Shown here piece after piece: positions 35,896-50,478 of a stretch of DNA of 64,000 nucleotides. The stretch spans positions 28,336,001-28,400,000 of the forward strand of contig NC_087250.1 of assembly GCF_037042905.1 (NCBI RefSeq), read 5' to 3'. A program made the translations under genes and the position numbers. This DNA comes from Lytechinus pictus (Eukaryota). How positions within the stretch are numbered: the first letter of the stretch is position 1; each line of letters begins with the position of its first letter. The notes below the pieces were generated by a model. The model ran no database searches, was not told the origin of the DNA, and worked only from the letters and a program-made list of their open reading frames with translations.

Positions 35896-37025
35896 GGTCT
35901 ACGTTAATCCCATAGGTATTTCCTATACAGTAGTTTAATAATTAAAGTCATGTTTCCTTCCCCATATGGACAACCGTTTGAATTACCTTCATAATAATAA
36001 TAAAAATATTATATTTCACACTTGTCTGCCCATAGAACATTTATGCCTATTATATACTTCGTAATATATTATCTAACTATTTTATCTGTATCTCTACATG
36101 CCTCTCTACGACCTTGTTACATCCTTTCTCAAGTCTATCTAGACAGTATACTGCAATGTGTCTACCTTTGATTTCAAGGAAATTCACTCGCGAGATTTCA
36201 CTTTGGTATTTATTCGCAATCTAATGTGCTTCCATTTTTTTATATATCTCACGCTTTTGTAAATTGTCTATTCCATTAGGATCTTTCATTTGGCCGTAAT
36301 TTCACCTCAGCTCCGTCAATTCTGTTCTGTGTTCAGAATTTCGAATAAAAAAGAACATTCTACAGCGCAATGCATAAGTGTTGTCCCGTTGTAGTCGTGT
36401 AATGCCCAAAAGGGTTAGAGAACTGACCTAGTTACTTCCCTGTCTTGGCCTAAACTTATCGCCGTCTTTACCAAATCATATCTTCGTCTTTGCTTTAGTT
36501 TGTATTCGACATTGTCCAAAGTTATCTCCTTAATAATTATAAAACGTTGACGGCCATTGCATCATGAGTAACAATATGAAGTCTGAATTGAATTCTTGAC
36601 AACGTCGAAATAACAAAGATGAGGGGGGGGGGGGTAAAGCGCTTCACTATATCAGGTTTATGAATATGTTTCATTAACGTCTGTGGTGCATGCATGCTAT
36701 AGAAATCATATTATGAGACCCGTATGAACTAAACGTTGAGGTACATTCTCTTTGTACATGGGTGCATGCTGATATATGCTAGCCGAGATGAATACTAAAT
36801 TCTTTAGACCCTTTTTGGCGGCAAGATCCATTAGGATGTAGAAGTTCTGGCGGAAAGCAAATCAAATTTCTCATGTTTTATTGGAAGAAAGCGAGGCACA
36901 TTCGAGTCAAGTCATTTGAATGAAAACAAATGAATTATTCCCTTTCCGTGCCCCATGTTCTATACTACTACATGGATATGATATTATAAGGCCTGTTGCA
37001 GAGAGTAGCGTTTACTACAAAAACA

Positions 37026-37246
37026 CACTGCAAAAACTCTGGTGTTGATTTAACACCAGTCCGGAGTATATATATGTCCATACCAGTTTCGTTTTGGTCT
37101 AACACCAGGTAGGTGCTTATACAACACCAATTAGTTTTAAATCAGCATCGGTTTGATTCCAAACTGGTGTTGTTTCAATACTTCTCTGGTGTGGACATAT
37201 ATAGATTCCGGGCTGGTGTTAAATCGACACCGGAGTTTTTTCAGTG
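37026..37246. mobile_element. CACTA/EnSpm-like MITE nested in another MITE (~36990-37340)
   Basis: CACTG..CAGTG termini with 2-bp TSD CA. The host resembles the repeat at ~1455-1562. Confidence 0.75.
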
Positions 37247-37371
37247 CAAGTCCCTAATACTCGCGTTCCATTGGTTGAAAATTAGGTTGGTTTGATTTTT
37301 AGAGTTGTGTTTGATCGCAACCCTTTTAGGCGAGCGACCAGAAGCCAAAATGTGACTCATTTCTTTACTTT

Positions 37372-37654
37372 TATAATAATAATAATGGTGGCTACTTATA
37401 TAGCGCACAGGTCCACATTTCGATGGTCATGGCGCTTTAAAAAAGGCCCTGCCATTATTATTATAATAACTGTAAACTCGGCAACCGATTTAGGCGCACA
37501 CAGCTTTTAGAGGAATTACTTCCTGCCGGCACTCATTTACCTCACCTGGGTCATGTGCAGCACACAGTTGATGAATTCCTTGCTGAAGGAAATTACGCCA
37601 TGGCTGGGACTTGAGCCCACGACCCGGAGACTAATCCACTTGGTCACAACGCTC
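37372..37654 (-). mobile_element. tRNA-derived Deu/Nin-core-like SINE
   Basis: Homologous to 41488-41759. (TAT)n tail on the minus strand. Confidence 0.7.
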
Positions 37655-39738
37655 TATTATTGAAAAGTGGATATGGTTGCCCGGGTAAATAATGTTGCTA
37701 GGCAACAATTCTGAAATTTAATGTATATATAATTTATATTTGGTTGCAAGGCACTATCATATAATTTTATCTGTAGTGATTTTATCCAAGTAATGGCTAA
37801 ATTTATATCTTAATCAATTTAATCAATGAACAAATGATTGATATTGAAGTATTGCCCTACATTACCACACAAATTGGCGTGGTATAATTTAAGGCTGGTT
37901 TTCATGGTGGAGTTACACTCTGCGACACTTTTTTTGCGCTCAGTTCTACAAAAAAAAAATCACAAATTCTTTTTCAAAATGATGCATGTTTTTGCTTTGT
38001 TCTAGTTTCAGGGATTAATGCCCAAAATGTGGGCATTTCCCCGCTCACCTATTTCCGCACGGACCTCATGTGATATACACTCGCAGGAACAGGAGTGGTT
38101 CATACACGAATCCACCATTTTGAGATTTCCCATTCGGTGTATCCATTAGTTTGGTTTAACCAAGACTTTGTATACTTATATTGTAATCGACCTAATATTT
38201 ATTTTTTTCTGAGACTGCAAGATTCCCTATACTATACAATGACACCAAATCATAACTGTGAAACACGTGTGCATTGACACCTAAGCATGACTTTAAGATC
38301 AACCTAATTCTTTGTGGAACACCAATTGAAATAAGACTGTATTTATCAATTCATTAATGACTGAATTACTACCAAATACAACTGTTGATGATGTTACCGC
38401 GAAAGCGATTTTTTTTATGACACGCAGGAAACCATATCAAATGGGAATGGAACCACTTTCCCCATCTGAAGGACCTATCTGCTGTACATTAGAAATAGAC
38501 CTTGCTTCATACCTCTAGTTTTCATCTCCCTTTGTGTGACAGTCACACTTACGAATCTGATTGGAAACCGACCGACTATATATCATTCCAGAATAAGGTT
38601 ATATCTGTGATCGGTCTGAAGTGGGTATCGTTGTTGTGACTATATCTTTGCCATCCCATACCAACGCCATTACATATTCCGAAGTGAAGTGGAATACCGA
38701 ATAAATGTGTAATTGCAAAACGATATCGATCGTTGAGTACAAGTGGTTTGTTTTATCATGCAGGTAGCCTACTTCACTCCTATAGTATCGAATGACCTAA
38801 CCGGTTGATATCGATCGCTGGCAAACGCTCTCCTCTTAACATGTTCTACATGGTTTAATTAGACCGCGGAAATGTCTTCTCGTATATCCTCGAAAAAAAC
38901 CAAGCAATTTTCATTCCTCTCCCCTCCTCTATCATACATTTTTTTTTCCGTTTGAGTGCCGATATGGAATGAGGCTAAGTCATTGGTAGATACCATCTCA
39001 GACATGCCTTAAAATGTACCCCATACCCCCCCCCCCTCCCTCCCCTTTCTCTCTCTCTCCCTCTTGCTCGTATGCCTACTACCCGCTTTCTCTCCATTAA
39101 ACACACACACACACCCACGCGCGCGCGAACACACCCTCCCTCGCATAGAGACACACAACCCCTTTCCCCCCTCTCTCTCTCAAATAAACATTTTTTCCCT
39201 CCATTTTTTACAATATATATATATTTTCTCAGTATGAATTATACAAAATCATTTGTCATACAAATTTCAATATAATAAAATATTTGTTAACGGTACACGA
39301 TACGAAATAAGGAAAAAGAGTGGGAAGAAGAGTGAAAAAAAGGGCAACTTTGTTTACTCTCCTTTTCGTACCTCCGCTCCTAGCTGGCCTGGAGGAATTG
39401 ATCACCCTGTATATAAAATCAGCTTATTCTGTTATCCAATATTCATTTTTCTACAGCTTAGTATCAATTTTCATGTATCATATCTCTACAATTCTTAGGA
39501 ATTACATATTTTTCTCAGACCAGTTAAAACAGATGTATCCATGAATTGGACATATCTGCCGTAATACTCTTTTTTTAAGTGGATTGGTTTTCTCCGTCAG
39601 AGTATATTCTGGATGAGGTTTATAAACAAGTGAATAAATTAATGAATACATGAATAATAAAAAAAAAATAAATAATGATAAATAAATAAATGAATTATAG
39701 TCATCATATTAAAAATGATAAGAAGAAAATATCATCAA

Positions 39739-39934
39739 GATACGAATGTAAACAAATAGCATAAAATCTAACGACAAAGCTCATCATATGAGCCCCCCCC
39801 CCTCCTTCCTTCGAAAAAAAATAGGTCCAGAACACTGCCAATGTGATACATGGAGTTATTTTTTTCGAGGGGGGGGGGGGGCTCATATGATGAGCTTTGT
39901 CGTTTGATTTTCTGCTATTTGTTCACATTCGTAC
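39739..39934. repeat. Short foldback (~85-bp arms)
   Basis: tacgaatgtaaacaaatagc..gctcatcatatgagccccc is mirrored by gggggctcatatgatgagc..gctatttgttcacattcgta. Confidence 0.85.
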
Positions 39935-40099
39935 CTTTTCATATGACTCCTCTGCCTACCCCACCCACCCAACAAATTGCCCGTATTCTGGATTAGTGTC
40001 CAGGTGTGTCCAAGAAACGAGTAACTGAAAACATAAACAAGTATATCACTTTCATTCGCACTCTACCTAAACTGACTAATATAATCCGATATCTTACCC

Positions 40100-40288
40100 G
40101 CCCTTTCACACGGTAAAAAAAATGTAATTCGAATGAATATTCAAGTGAAAATAAAGCTAATAACGAATATTTAGCGCGTGTGAATCCAAACTAGAACATG
40201 ATTAGAATCACGAACGCTAATCACAGTCACGATTACAATAGCAATTATCATTACAATAATGATTCAAGATTCACGTGTGAAAAGGCCC
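40100..40288. mobile_element. PIF/Harbinger-like MITE (empty copy of 6203-6638)
   Basis: gccctttcacac..gtgtgaaaaggccc termini. Colinear with the 6203 element minus the CACTG insert. Confidence 0.65.
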
Positions 40289-41487
40289 TAGGCCATGTAT
40301 AAAGGATGCCATTGTATTGTAATTTTAAATCTTAACTTTACATCCATGTTATAATTTCAACATACCCATACACTAAAAGGACGACATGAATATCATTTGA
40401 ACTTAATCAATTAAAAAAACAATGCTCTAAAGGTGGATTATTGATTTACGTTATTGACTGATTGTTGCTAGATTTCTATTTTGATAGCTTTTGTTTAGCT
40501 TAAAGTTGAATAAATATATCCTTTATTCTACTCTCTTTTCATCACATTCCCAGATTTGTCATCTGATGTTGTACATATCATTGTTATTTTAGGGACACGT
40601 ATAAATTCAATTTTAGTAGGTAGAGAAATCTTTGCATGAATTGTCCGAACCCCTTTTCATTTCCAACAGTTGGGCACATAAATCGTTAAATCGTTAATAC
40701 TTTAACGCTGCATTTTCTTAATCCTTACTTAACAGGTTATGATATCTGTATCTACAGATTCCATCAGAATTGAATGAGAACATTTCTACGATTATTGTCA
40801 AAAATTGATTCAAATACCATTTTTTTTCTTTTCCATCGGCTAGGATGCTTTATTCTTATTTCGATGCATATGCTTTTTTTTACTTTTTAAGTTTATAGTG
40901 GCATCATTTAGATATGTTATTTGAAGGGGGTATTTTTTATTACTTTACAATCATATTTGTACCGATTCCATTTGAGTCGATGTAAAAATATTTGCATGAA
41001 TAATGTCTAAGATTTATTTCTAAATTGCCATACCATTTTCAGCGAGAGAAGCGTCACTTTCCTTTGACAAGCCAAATACGACTGAACTTTGAGAGGATCA
41101 GAACTTGGATTTTAGATTTCTATTCTAGTAGTAGGAGAATAATACTAGGCTTATCAGAAAATGACTACTGACCTATTACTTGACGGAATAAGAGAGAGAG
41201 AAAGAAAAGAGAGTCTGTAAAACGGAAAATATTCCCTTTTTTCGCTGTTAGTGTCTGGACTCCCACGCGTTCAAAATTGCAAGATCTTACAAGTAATTTC
41301 GCAGCAACATTAAGGAAATTATGTTGAGACCGATCAAATCTATTACATTATTTTTAATGACAAATCATCGGTCGGTTTGAGTGGGTTCCGTCGATATGAC
41401 TGTCACATCGATCACGAGTAAGATGAAAACAGATTAAGGTAGAAATTGAGTAAATTATTAAACTCAATCCTTTCTAAATATATACAT

Positions 41488-41759
41488 AAATGATATAGGA
41501 TTTGTATAGCGCACGTATCCACCTTGCTAGGTGCTCAAGGCGCTCCTATATTACCCTGGCTATGCTAGTCTACCGATTCTGGGGCGCACAGCTTTTTGAG
41601 GAATTACTTCCTGCCGGTACCCATTTACCTCACCTGGGTCTAGTGCAGCAGAGTGTGGATACATTTCTTGCTGAAGAAAAACACGTCATGGCTAGGATTC
41701 GAACTCACGACCCTCTGTTTGAAAGGCGAGAGTCAGAACCACTAGACCACGTCGTGCCC
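41488..41759 (-). mobile_element. Full-length tRNA-derived Deu/Nin-core-like SINE
   Basis: Minus strand: GTGGTCTAGTGG A box, GTTCGAATCC B box, core GACCCAGGTGAGGTAAATGGGTACC, L2-type tail GCGCCTTGAGCACC..GTGCGCTATACAAAT. Confidence 0.8.
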
Positions 41760-41821
41760 ACACAGCATGAGGATATCTGCCACTGAAGAAACATAAAATA
41801 TAGGGACTAACAAAGAGATGT

Positions 41822-42208
41822 ATTTCATTTAACATTATTTATCATTTGTTTTGGCGTCGCCTGTGCCTAGGAGGCAACAAAAAAAGAATCGCGAATACCC
41901 GAAAATCTCTCCTCACGATATAACTGATCGGGGTTGTGCAAGTGGACCACTACACCAAAGTTTCCACCCACTCCTAAAAGAATAGTGCAGCTACCAGGGT
42001 GGTGACTCTGCTCTAGACCGGGCCTCCATTTAACGTCCTATCTGAGCGAAGAGGCGTTTTCCACTCTAACTTAGCCTGTATCTATAAAACAGGGAAGGGA
42101 CACGTTTACACACAACGCAGGCTTCACTCATCCGCCCGGGATGGGCTCGAACCCATGACCTTTGTTTCAAGAGGGCAGACGCCTTACCAATCGAGGTAAC
42201 CCGCTCCC
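41822..42208 (-). mobile_element. tRNA-derived SINE with Meta-like core
   Basis: Minus strand: GGGAGCGG..GATTGGTAAGGCG, GGTTCGAGCCC B box, GGACGTTAAATGGAGGCCC core, (AAATG)-like tail. Confidence 0.65.
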
Positions 42209-42703
42209 TCTTGTGGGTGTGTGTGTGTTGTTCCTAGTTCAACACCTATTACATGTGACCTGTGTGCATTAAGTACTTTTATTGAAAAAAATGTTGTTTT
42301 GTTGAGTGCGAACATTGGTTTAACACCGAACTTGAAAACACTCAATGTGATGTGACACATTTGTAATTCAAAACGATAATGAATTACATCTTCTTTTGAT
42401 CTAGCCTTATGGAAGGTATGTATTTCCACCTGTATGTATATATCCAGTCCGTCAACCTTGACGAAATATTGAAATCAAAATCATATCTTGATATTTTGCC
42501 TTACTTAAAAACTATTGCGATTAAAAGAATGATATCTTGATAATCATCTGTAAGTAAATGTTTTACGATACAGCGATGCGGAAATATTTAGCGAATCATC
42601 CGTTAAGTGCTTTAAAACTATGGGGATGACAATAATATCAAATCATCAGACTTTGGGAAAATAATGAGAATTGAAGTTAAATCTTGATATTTATCTTACT
42701 TAA

Positions 42704-43081
42704 AGGTATTGTTTAACTTTGTGAGCAGCCGATTTAAAAAATTCTCAAACCAAGATGAAACATGTGTACAAGTGCATGTATTAGAACTAATAAACCCTGA
42801 AAGCAACCATTATTGAGAATGAAAAGCTTAAACTACAAGGCAAACCCATAATTTGTAAATAGGTGTCTTATAGATGCCTAAATAGTACACATAAGTTTAT
42901 GGGATGGAATTAAGATGGTGTTTTCGGTCACTTTATAGTTCACTTTTTGAAGCACTAAATAATGATTTCTGGACGCGATTTTTTCTGGGCTTCATTTTTT
43001 AAACATATCACAGACACAGGTGACAAGTGTGACCTTATAGCTCAGATTTTTTAAAAGTCAAACCAATGTTAACCAATCACT
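42704..43081. mobile_element. Kolobok-like MITE
   Basis: TTAA flanks (42700-03 and 43082-85), imperfect TIR AGGTATTGTTTAAC..GTTAACCAATCACT. Confidence 0.65.
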
Positions 43082-43892
43082 TTAAAATGTAAGTGATTCA
43101 AATCACGATGCATCCGTATTGTGGAACTGGAATACGATAACAATACATTGTTATCATATTTCATTTGTATTTGTTTATATTATTTGTATTTGTTTATATT
43201 TATAATGTATGTTTGATTTGTATTTGCTTATAATGTTGATAATGGAAATGGAAAATAAACTTGAACTTGTGTATAAAGCAATAAGTGTTTATGTGACAGG
43301 TAGATATAGTTATGATATGCACGCATAATAAACTTAAGAACGACATGGCAATTTGAATGGTGTGTAAATAATGTAATCTCCGTTAAAAAGTATAATTAAA
43401 CTTGTGTAAGACACATCCATGAGAGCTGCGATATTGATAAATTCAACTGGGAAGTGTTGTCTTGAGATACCCATGATTTTGAAGGTTCATAAATTGATAC
43501 GTGATGCATTCAAGGTCAGATTTCATATCATTAATGTCATTTAGCTATAAGTAACCCGATAACAACCATCCTTGCCATTTCAGTCACAGGCATTGTGACG
43601 AACCCAAAGCGACACTGCAATAACAAGTATACATGCAAGTGGAATGGTGTGTAAATAATGTAATCTCCGTTAAAATGTATAACTAAACTTTGGTTTAGCA
43701 GTCTTTCACCTTTACTCTTACTTTGCCTCATTATTTTAATGTTATCTATGCTTTTTTACTTAAGATGTTTTTTTTAATGTTTTAAATTTTGATAATTTAT
43801 AATAAGTATTTTATGCAATTTTGATTAATGAATTAATTTGATTTTTAGAATTTATAATGAAATTTATTTTCCTCATAATGTTTGTATGTATA

Positions 43893-45938
43893 CACAACAA
43901 AAAAAGTAAGTCCCCCCTTAAACAAACATCAATAATTTCCGAACCAATGCGAGTTTTTAATATATTTTTACATGAGCGTGTAGGTAATTTTATAAGCTAC
44001 CCTCTGAGTAAACGTTATGGACGTATTTCACTTCATGCTTCAGTGAGCACCGTCAGAAGGCAAAAATGTCACTTTTCAAAAGTCACAAGCCAAATTTCAT
44101 GACTTTGATTCCATTTTATTGGAACTAATTTTACATTCTCATCATAAAAAATAGTCAGAAGGCTTGTAAAAGGTACTCTCTAAAAGACGATACAACTTGT
44201 TTGGCTAAATTTCACGGTTGAATAAACACAAGTTCAAATTTGCTCTAATTTGATTTTTTACACATTTATATCAATAAAAATAAAAAAGAATATGATGACA
44301 GTTATTTTTGGAAGAATTTCTTCAACAATATTAATCGTTTCACGGTTCAATGGACATTTATTGAAAACAAAAAAATACGATTTTCAAATATCATAGGCAA
44401 GTATTGGTTCATTTTGGGAACTGAAAATGACCTTTTCTCAACTTTTTCGTTATGTTCATGACCAATTAACATGCTTCAGTGATTCAAACGCGTTTGATTA
44501 AATATCCACGCTTGAATGAACATGTGGAATGCGATTAGCTCTTTTTTACGTTATTGGAAAAAATACAATTTGTTACTATGGATATCTGTCACAAACCTCC
44601 TTGCATAGTTCATTTGATTTGATTTTTATGAAAATCCCGATGTTTAATGCATCAGTGAGCACACAATATTCGAAAATTATGCAAATGAGAAGAAAGTTCA
44701 AGGCCTTGGCCCCACTCTGTGTCGTATCGAATGGTTATTTTGGTGTGCGTGCCTTTTGGATAGTGTTACTCTGAAGCCATGTACGAAGTTTCATGAAATA
44801 ACTATTGGCAGAAGTAACAAAAACCGTCCGTGAAACAAACCCTCATTTCATATTTGTTAAAATTTTGACTTCGTCTCTCATAGACTTGTGTACATTATGG
44901 GTGCACCTGTTTAATAATAAGTAACCCCTTATTCAATATAGTGGATCTTTTTTTCACGGCTGTCTTTAGCAATGTCATTTGGTAGTAATGTTTATCAACC
45001 TATGGGCAGAATTCTGTGCAAAAATGAAATCGATTTGTTTATTTATGGATGAGTGAGCACGCATCAAAGTGGGAAAATTGGTATTTTCAATGTCACAGAC
45101 TCATTTTAAAGGGTAATAAAATGAATATTGGGGGCAAATTCGGTTTCAAATTGCTATTGTTTTTATCATCCATCATTTCTATCACCACACACTTTCCGAA
45201 CTTTAAACATTTTCATGGTTGAGCGAGCACATTCGAAAACTTAGGAATGAATACCCTTTATACTGCATAAATGTATTCTTTTCCTAACAACTCCTCATGA
45301 TCAGTTTAATGTATGGACAAATCAGTGGTGGGTCCATAATTTAAAAATGGGGGAGGGGCCTATAATCGGGGGAGCCACCAACATTTTCAAATTTTAACAT
45401 GATCTAACAAGTTGTAGAGGATACTACCATAAACCCCTATGATGATACGTCACAATACAGGGGCCGGGGAAGGGTTTTCAAAGTGGGGGGGGGGGGGGGG
45501 GGGCTGGCCATGCAAAAAATCACAATCGTATGGTCATTTCTGAAGCTCCCCGCCCAGCCCCCCCCCCCCCCCCGCTTCCGCGGCCCCTGCGATACATTGT
45601 GCTCACTCAACCATGAACATTATGATATCAAAATTGTGTGTGGAGTGGCTAAATGATGGATAGTAAAACAGCATAACACCATAAAATTCCCCTAAAGACA
45701 ACATTTGCCCAACTTTGTATTTGCACAATCTGAAAAAATGACTCTTGTGACTTTCAAAAATGGTCATTTTTAATTCAATCTTTAATTACTCATGCATGAC
45801 TCAACCGATCAATCTTATTTTTCTCCAGGAGTTGCTTAATGAGTGTAGAAAACCACCTACGGAATATCATATCTCAAAATAATTCCGTTCAAAAGTTACA
45901 GCAATTTGATTTAGGGGGGACTTACTTTTTTTGTTGTG
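43893..45938. mobile_element. ~2-kb non-autonomous DNA transposon with TA TSD
   Basis: TIR CACAACAAAAAAAGTAAGTCCCCCC..GGGGGGACTTACTTTTTTTGTTGTG flanked by TA. No transposase ORF. Contains a G/C-run MITE at 45458-45589. Confidence 0.8.
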
Positions 45939-45949
45939 TATATATAATG

Positions 45950-46105
45950 GTATCATGCTATAATTATTATCTGTATACTGTCTTTTAATTTGAAATGTAA
46001 TATGTTTATTGAATATGTAAGCATGCTAAAATTTCAGCCATTTGGCTGCCATGTATGCAATTGAACTTGTCAAATAAATACCATTATTAAATTGAATTGA
46101 ATTGA
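45950..46105 (+). mobile_element. Probable 3' fragment of a LINE
   Basis: Hairpin cagccatttggctg, AATAAA, and an (ATTGA)n tail like that of the LINE at 13129-16980. Confidence 0.45.
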
Positions 46106-46751
46106 AGTGCAGGTATGTAAGGGCGGACTAAGGGGGGGGGGGGGTGTTTGTTTATAAATTCCTCCAGCCAAAATTTTTTTTTTTGCTTTCTCGATGCAAA
46201 CACACTCATAGGCTAATTCATTCTCTCTTGTATTACTATTATCTATCTCCAAATGTTATATTTTTAATGACTAGCTATTGATAAGACACAGTCAATGAGA
46301 TACTGCACAAAATGTTGATCAGTTCGCTCTCAAAGCATCGCTCCCTTTCCATCTCATCTAGGTCATCAAATGGGTTTTGTTGTGATATCTCATCCCCAAT
46401 ACCCATGCAAGACTAGGTCTAAGTCATTAACAATGTGTGTCGTTAGAGATAATTATGTAATAAAATCGGTCGCTCGTACCGACAGGCGAGGCTGGGTGTC
46501 ATGAGTTTTAAAAGGGGCGTGATGAAAATTAATGAAGCGTGTGCAGAAAGCGGGAAGCCGGTAAGCAAGGATTTATAGATGGGAATTAAGGTCAAGCTAA
46601 GGCATGATGGGAATGATGATATGATAGGTGTGAAGCTGGTAATTGATGGATGATGATAAGCTTTGAAAACATGACGGGCCATTGCATGCTGGGTAAATCA
46701 TTGTGATATAAGGAGCTTTCGATTTCTCTTCCATGACAACGAATCTTCTCA

Positions 46752-46883
46752 GGCCCGTAACACAAAGTTTATAGCAATCAATCGCAGAACAATTTTATAC
46801 GATTGATTGCATTGACTAAAATGTACAATCGATTGTAAAAATAAAACTTACGATTAATTTTTAACCTCTGTGTTACGGAACAC
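46752..46883. mobile_element. CWG-type MITE, same family as 61711-61820
   Basis: ggcccgtaacacaaag..ctgtgttacgg termini. Confidence 0.6.
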
Positions 46884-48880
46884 GGATTTAGCACGTTCAT
46901 ATCTACAGTAGATAACAAACATTAATATAGCATCGTCTATTTCTCTCTGTTTGTCCATATGATTTCCTTGACTTTCTTTCTGCCTTCTTTCGTTTTCCCC
47001 CTTTCTCTTCCTTTTCCCTCAATCACAAGGGCAGCGGAACGTAATTCTAAAGGGGGGTGGGCTGACCATGGACAAAAAAAAAACACAATCAAATGGTCAA
47101 TTTTACGTTTTTGCACATGGTTTTGGTAAAAAAAAGTAGGGAGTGGGTGAAATTACCACGGTGCTAAGAGTCACTTTTGTCTCAATGTGGCCCCTCTCCA
47201 TATGTCCCCTCCCTCCCTCTCTCTCTAATGCTGTCTTTCCTCATCTGTCTTAATTTCTCGATCTTCCTTCTCGTTCACTCAACTGGTTCTAAGAACATCC
47301 TTTGTCGCAATGTGTTCCTTTTCCATCTGATTTCTCCCTCTATTGCCACATCTCTCTCTCTCACTCTCTTTTCCTCTCTAATTCTGTCTTTCTCTCTCCT
47401 CATCTATCTCAATTTCTCTTTCTTCCTTCTAGTTTACTCAACTTGTCACCTTTGTCGCAATGTCAAGCGTTCTCCCCATCTTTCTTATTATATCTCTCTC
47501 TCTCCCCACCCCCTCTATATCATTCCCCCAATTCACTCAACACTAGTTATCAGAGCCACATACATGTATGTTCCAATGTGGTTTATATCGTCTTTTCTCT
47601 CCTTACACCCACTCTCCCCCTCTGTCCCCATATCTATCTTTTTTTTCTCTCTCGAGATAGCTGTCTCTCTCTCTCCCTTCTTATTCACTCGTCTCATCTC
47701 ATGAGCCACCTAACCCTCAATGTAATCGCGTATAATGTCTAGATTCTCTGCCTAATGCGCTCTAATTGATAACGCACTAACTTAATTAGACACGTGCAGC
47801 TCCTCAGCAGGCTGGTAAATACTCCTGTGTCATACTCAACGTCATGAATCTGTTATAATGGAAGACATAAAAGAAAAGAGAGAGGGAATGAGAGAACCAT
47901 CTTACCAACACTTGACTATCTACAGCATTCATGAGACCCCAAAACTGTATTCTATATGCATCAAATTTTGTCGAGAAAATTTGTTATTTGTTGATTGAGT
48001 TGTTATCTATCTTTTAATTTATTTATCTATCTACTCCTATCTATTCTTCCCTTTTATTTCTTATTTATCATGGATTTATATGATTCTATATTTTAGCATT
48101 TCATTATAAACTTATTAATTAATTTATTCATTTATCTTATCTTATTCATTTATTTATCGATTTTATCATTCTTTTTTTTTGGGGGGGGGGACGGCTGCAA
48201 TAAAACGATGTTTTAGCAAGATTGTCTTAGACAAAAATAAGATAAACTAGGAAGGACAAACACATGAGTATCGACCCTTCTAAAAGAAACCGAGCCAATC
48301 AGATCAGACTATCAATTTAAAAATTAAATTTGATTGTTTTCACCAACTACGGTAACACTATTCTTATAAACATACTTGCTTACAATGTCGGCCAAACCAA
48401 TTATATAAATCAAGATGACAGAAATCGTCCACTTTGCTCTGTTCCCAAATAATAAGGAAATTCTCAATCTGCTCCTCGCTTTCATGGGAGGGTTAGAGCA
48501 AATTAGGACAACGGTTTCCTCGAAAGCTCATCATAGTACTGATTTCATAATATTACATGTAACATTTTGCGGTGTATTTTAGTGTAAAGAATCACATTTC
48601 AGTTCATATTAGAACGAGGTTATTTATACTAGACGATGCGAAGTATTTTGGTAAGAATTGACTAAACGCCCCCAGTATCATAAACCTTGACCATGTAGAT
48701 AAATGCGGGGAAATATTACAAGCATTTTGAGTTGAAACATTTAACGGATTATTATTATTATTTGGAACAAATATCTAGCGACCTAATCTTGAAAAGGTAT
48801 GAAATTGCATTATTTATAAGATGGGAATCGGAGAGAAACTTTTTTAAGTCATCAGAAGTTTATATTTTCAGCATATTTAA

Positions 48881-49284
48881 AGATAAATACCAGTTGTAAC
48901 GATCTCAAAATGAGTTCGAACAGAATCCAATGAAATTACCACCAAAGTGTTTGTATGTTTAAATAAAAGAGTATGAGTCACATGATAGCTCTGGAAGAAA
49001 ATGCGTAATTGCTGAGAAATTAGCAAAAAAGGCACGGAATTTTTTCAAAATAATGTCTGGTACATGTAGTTTTTGAAGCAATATGAATACATTGTCCCAC
49101 ACATGCTCTCCTTTGTTAGCGATCATAAAAATTATCGATCTTTAGCTAAGATTTCATGATTTTAACAAAGATAAGTCTCCATTAATGTGCAAGATCTAGA
49201 TGTAAGATAGTATCATATCAATTAACCTGATTTAGAATACTTTCTCATGAAATAGTTGTTTGCTGCAATTACTGTATTTTACCT
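48881..49284. mobile_element. Kolobok-like MITE (empty copy of 12915-17416)
   Basis: TTAA/TTAT flanks. Colinear with the split element. Confidence 0.75.
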
Positions 49285-49331
49285 TTATGCTAGTCAATTA
49301 TCACTGAGCCTGACATAAATTCCACGTGTAC

Positions 49332-49656
49332 CAGTGGCGTTAGGAGCAAAAAAAAAAAAATAATAATAAATGAAGGGGCGAAAAATGACATATCCATGAT
49401 ATCGGGCAAAATCTATAAAAATAATTGCGAGTGAGCAAAGCGAGAGAGAAAACATTCCACATTTTTAATATACAGATCCAATTATGTTCGAATTGACATA
49501 ATATTCAGAAAATAATATTATATTTCACCAGTCTCTTTTTTCAATCCCTGTCTCTTTCCTTTTCTTGGTCGTTTTTCTTTGTGTTTGTTTTTATTTTGGT
49601 GGGACGGGGGGGGGGGGGGTGGGTAGGGGGTCAAGCCCCCTGTCTGTTTGCCACTG
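49332..49656. mobile_element. hAT-like MITE
   Basis: CAGTGGC..GCCACTG termini. Flanks ACGTGTAC / ACGTTAC (one indel). Confidence 0.65.
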
Positions 49657-49977
49657 ACGTTACCTCATTGGTATGACTGAAGTTCAATGTTTGTCATCTA
49701 ATATTACATGATAAACCAAACTGCTATACGTTACGTCTTAACATCTTCCAGATGGTGAATTCTATTAATTGTAGTCCGTTATCTCCAGTCTGTCATGATG
49801 AAAGATTTATCATCCACGTGTCTATTTCAATAAGATGTCATTGATGTGGTATCGTTGAAACTAAATGGGAAGGAGGTCGTGTACTTCCCGAGTAAAAAAA
49901 ATGGTTCTTTCGGGATGATATACATTTATTGTATCCATTAATCTGTTTAACCCCCCCCCCCTACCTTTCCTTTCTTT

Positions 49978-50478
<501 letters not shown>

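Noticed and set aside
43893..45938. Autonomous transposase gene within the 2-kb TIR element
   Set aside because: No long ORF or DDE/D motif is visible.
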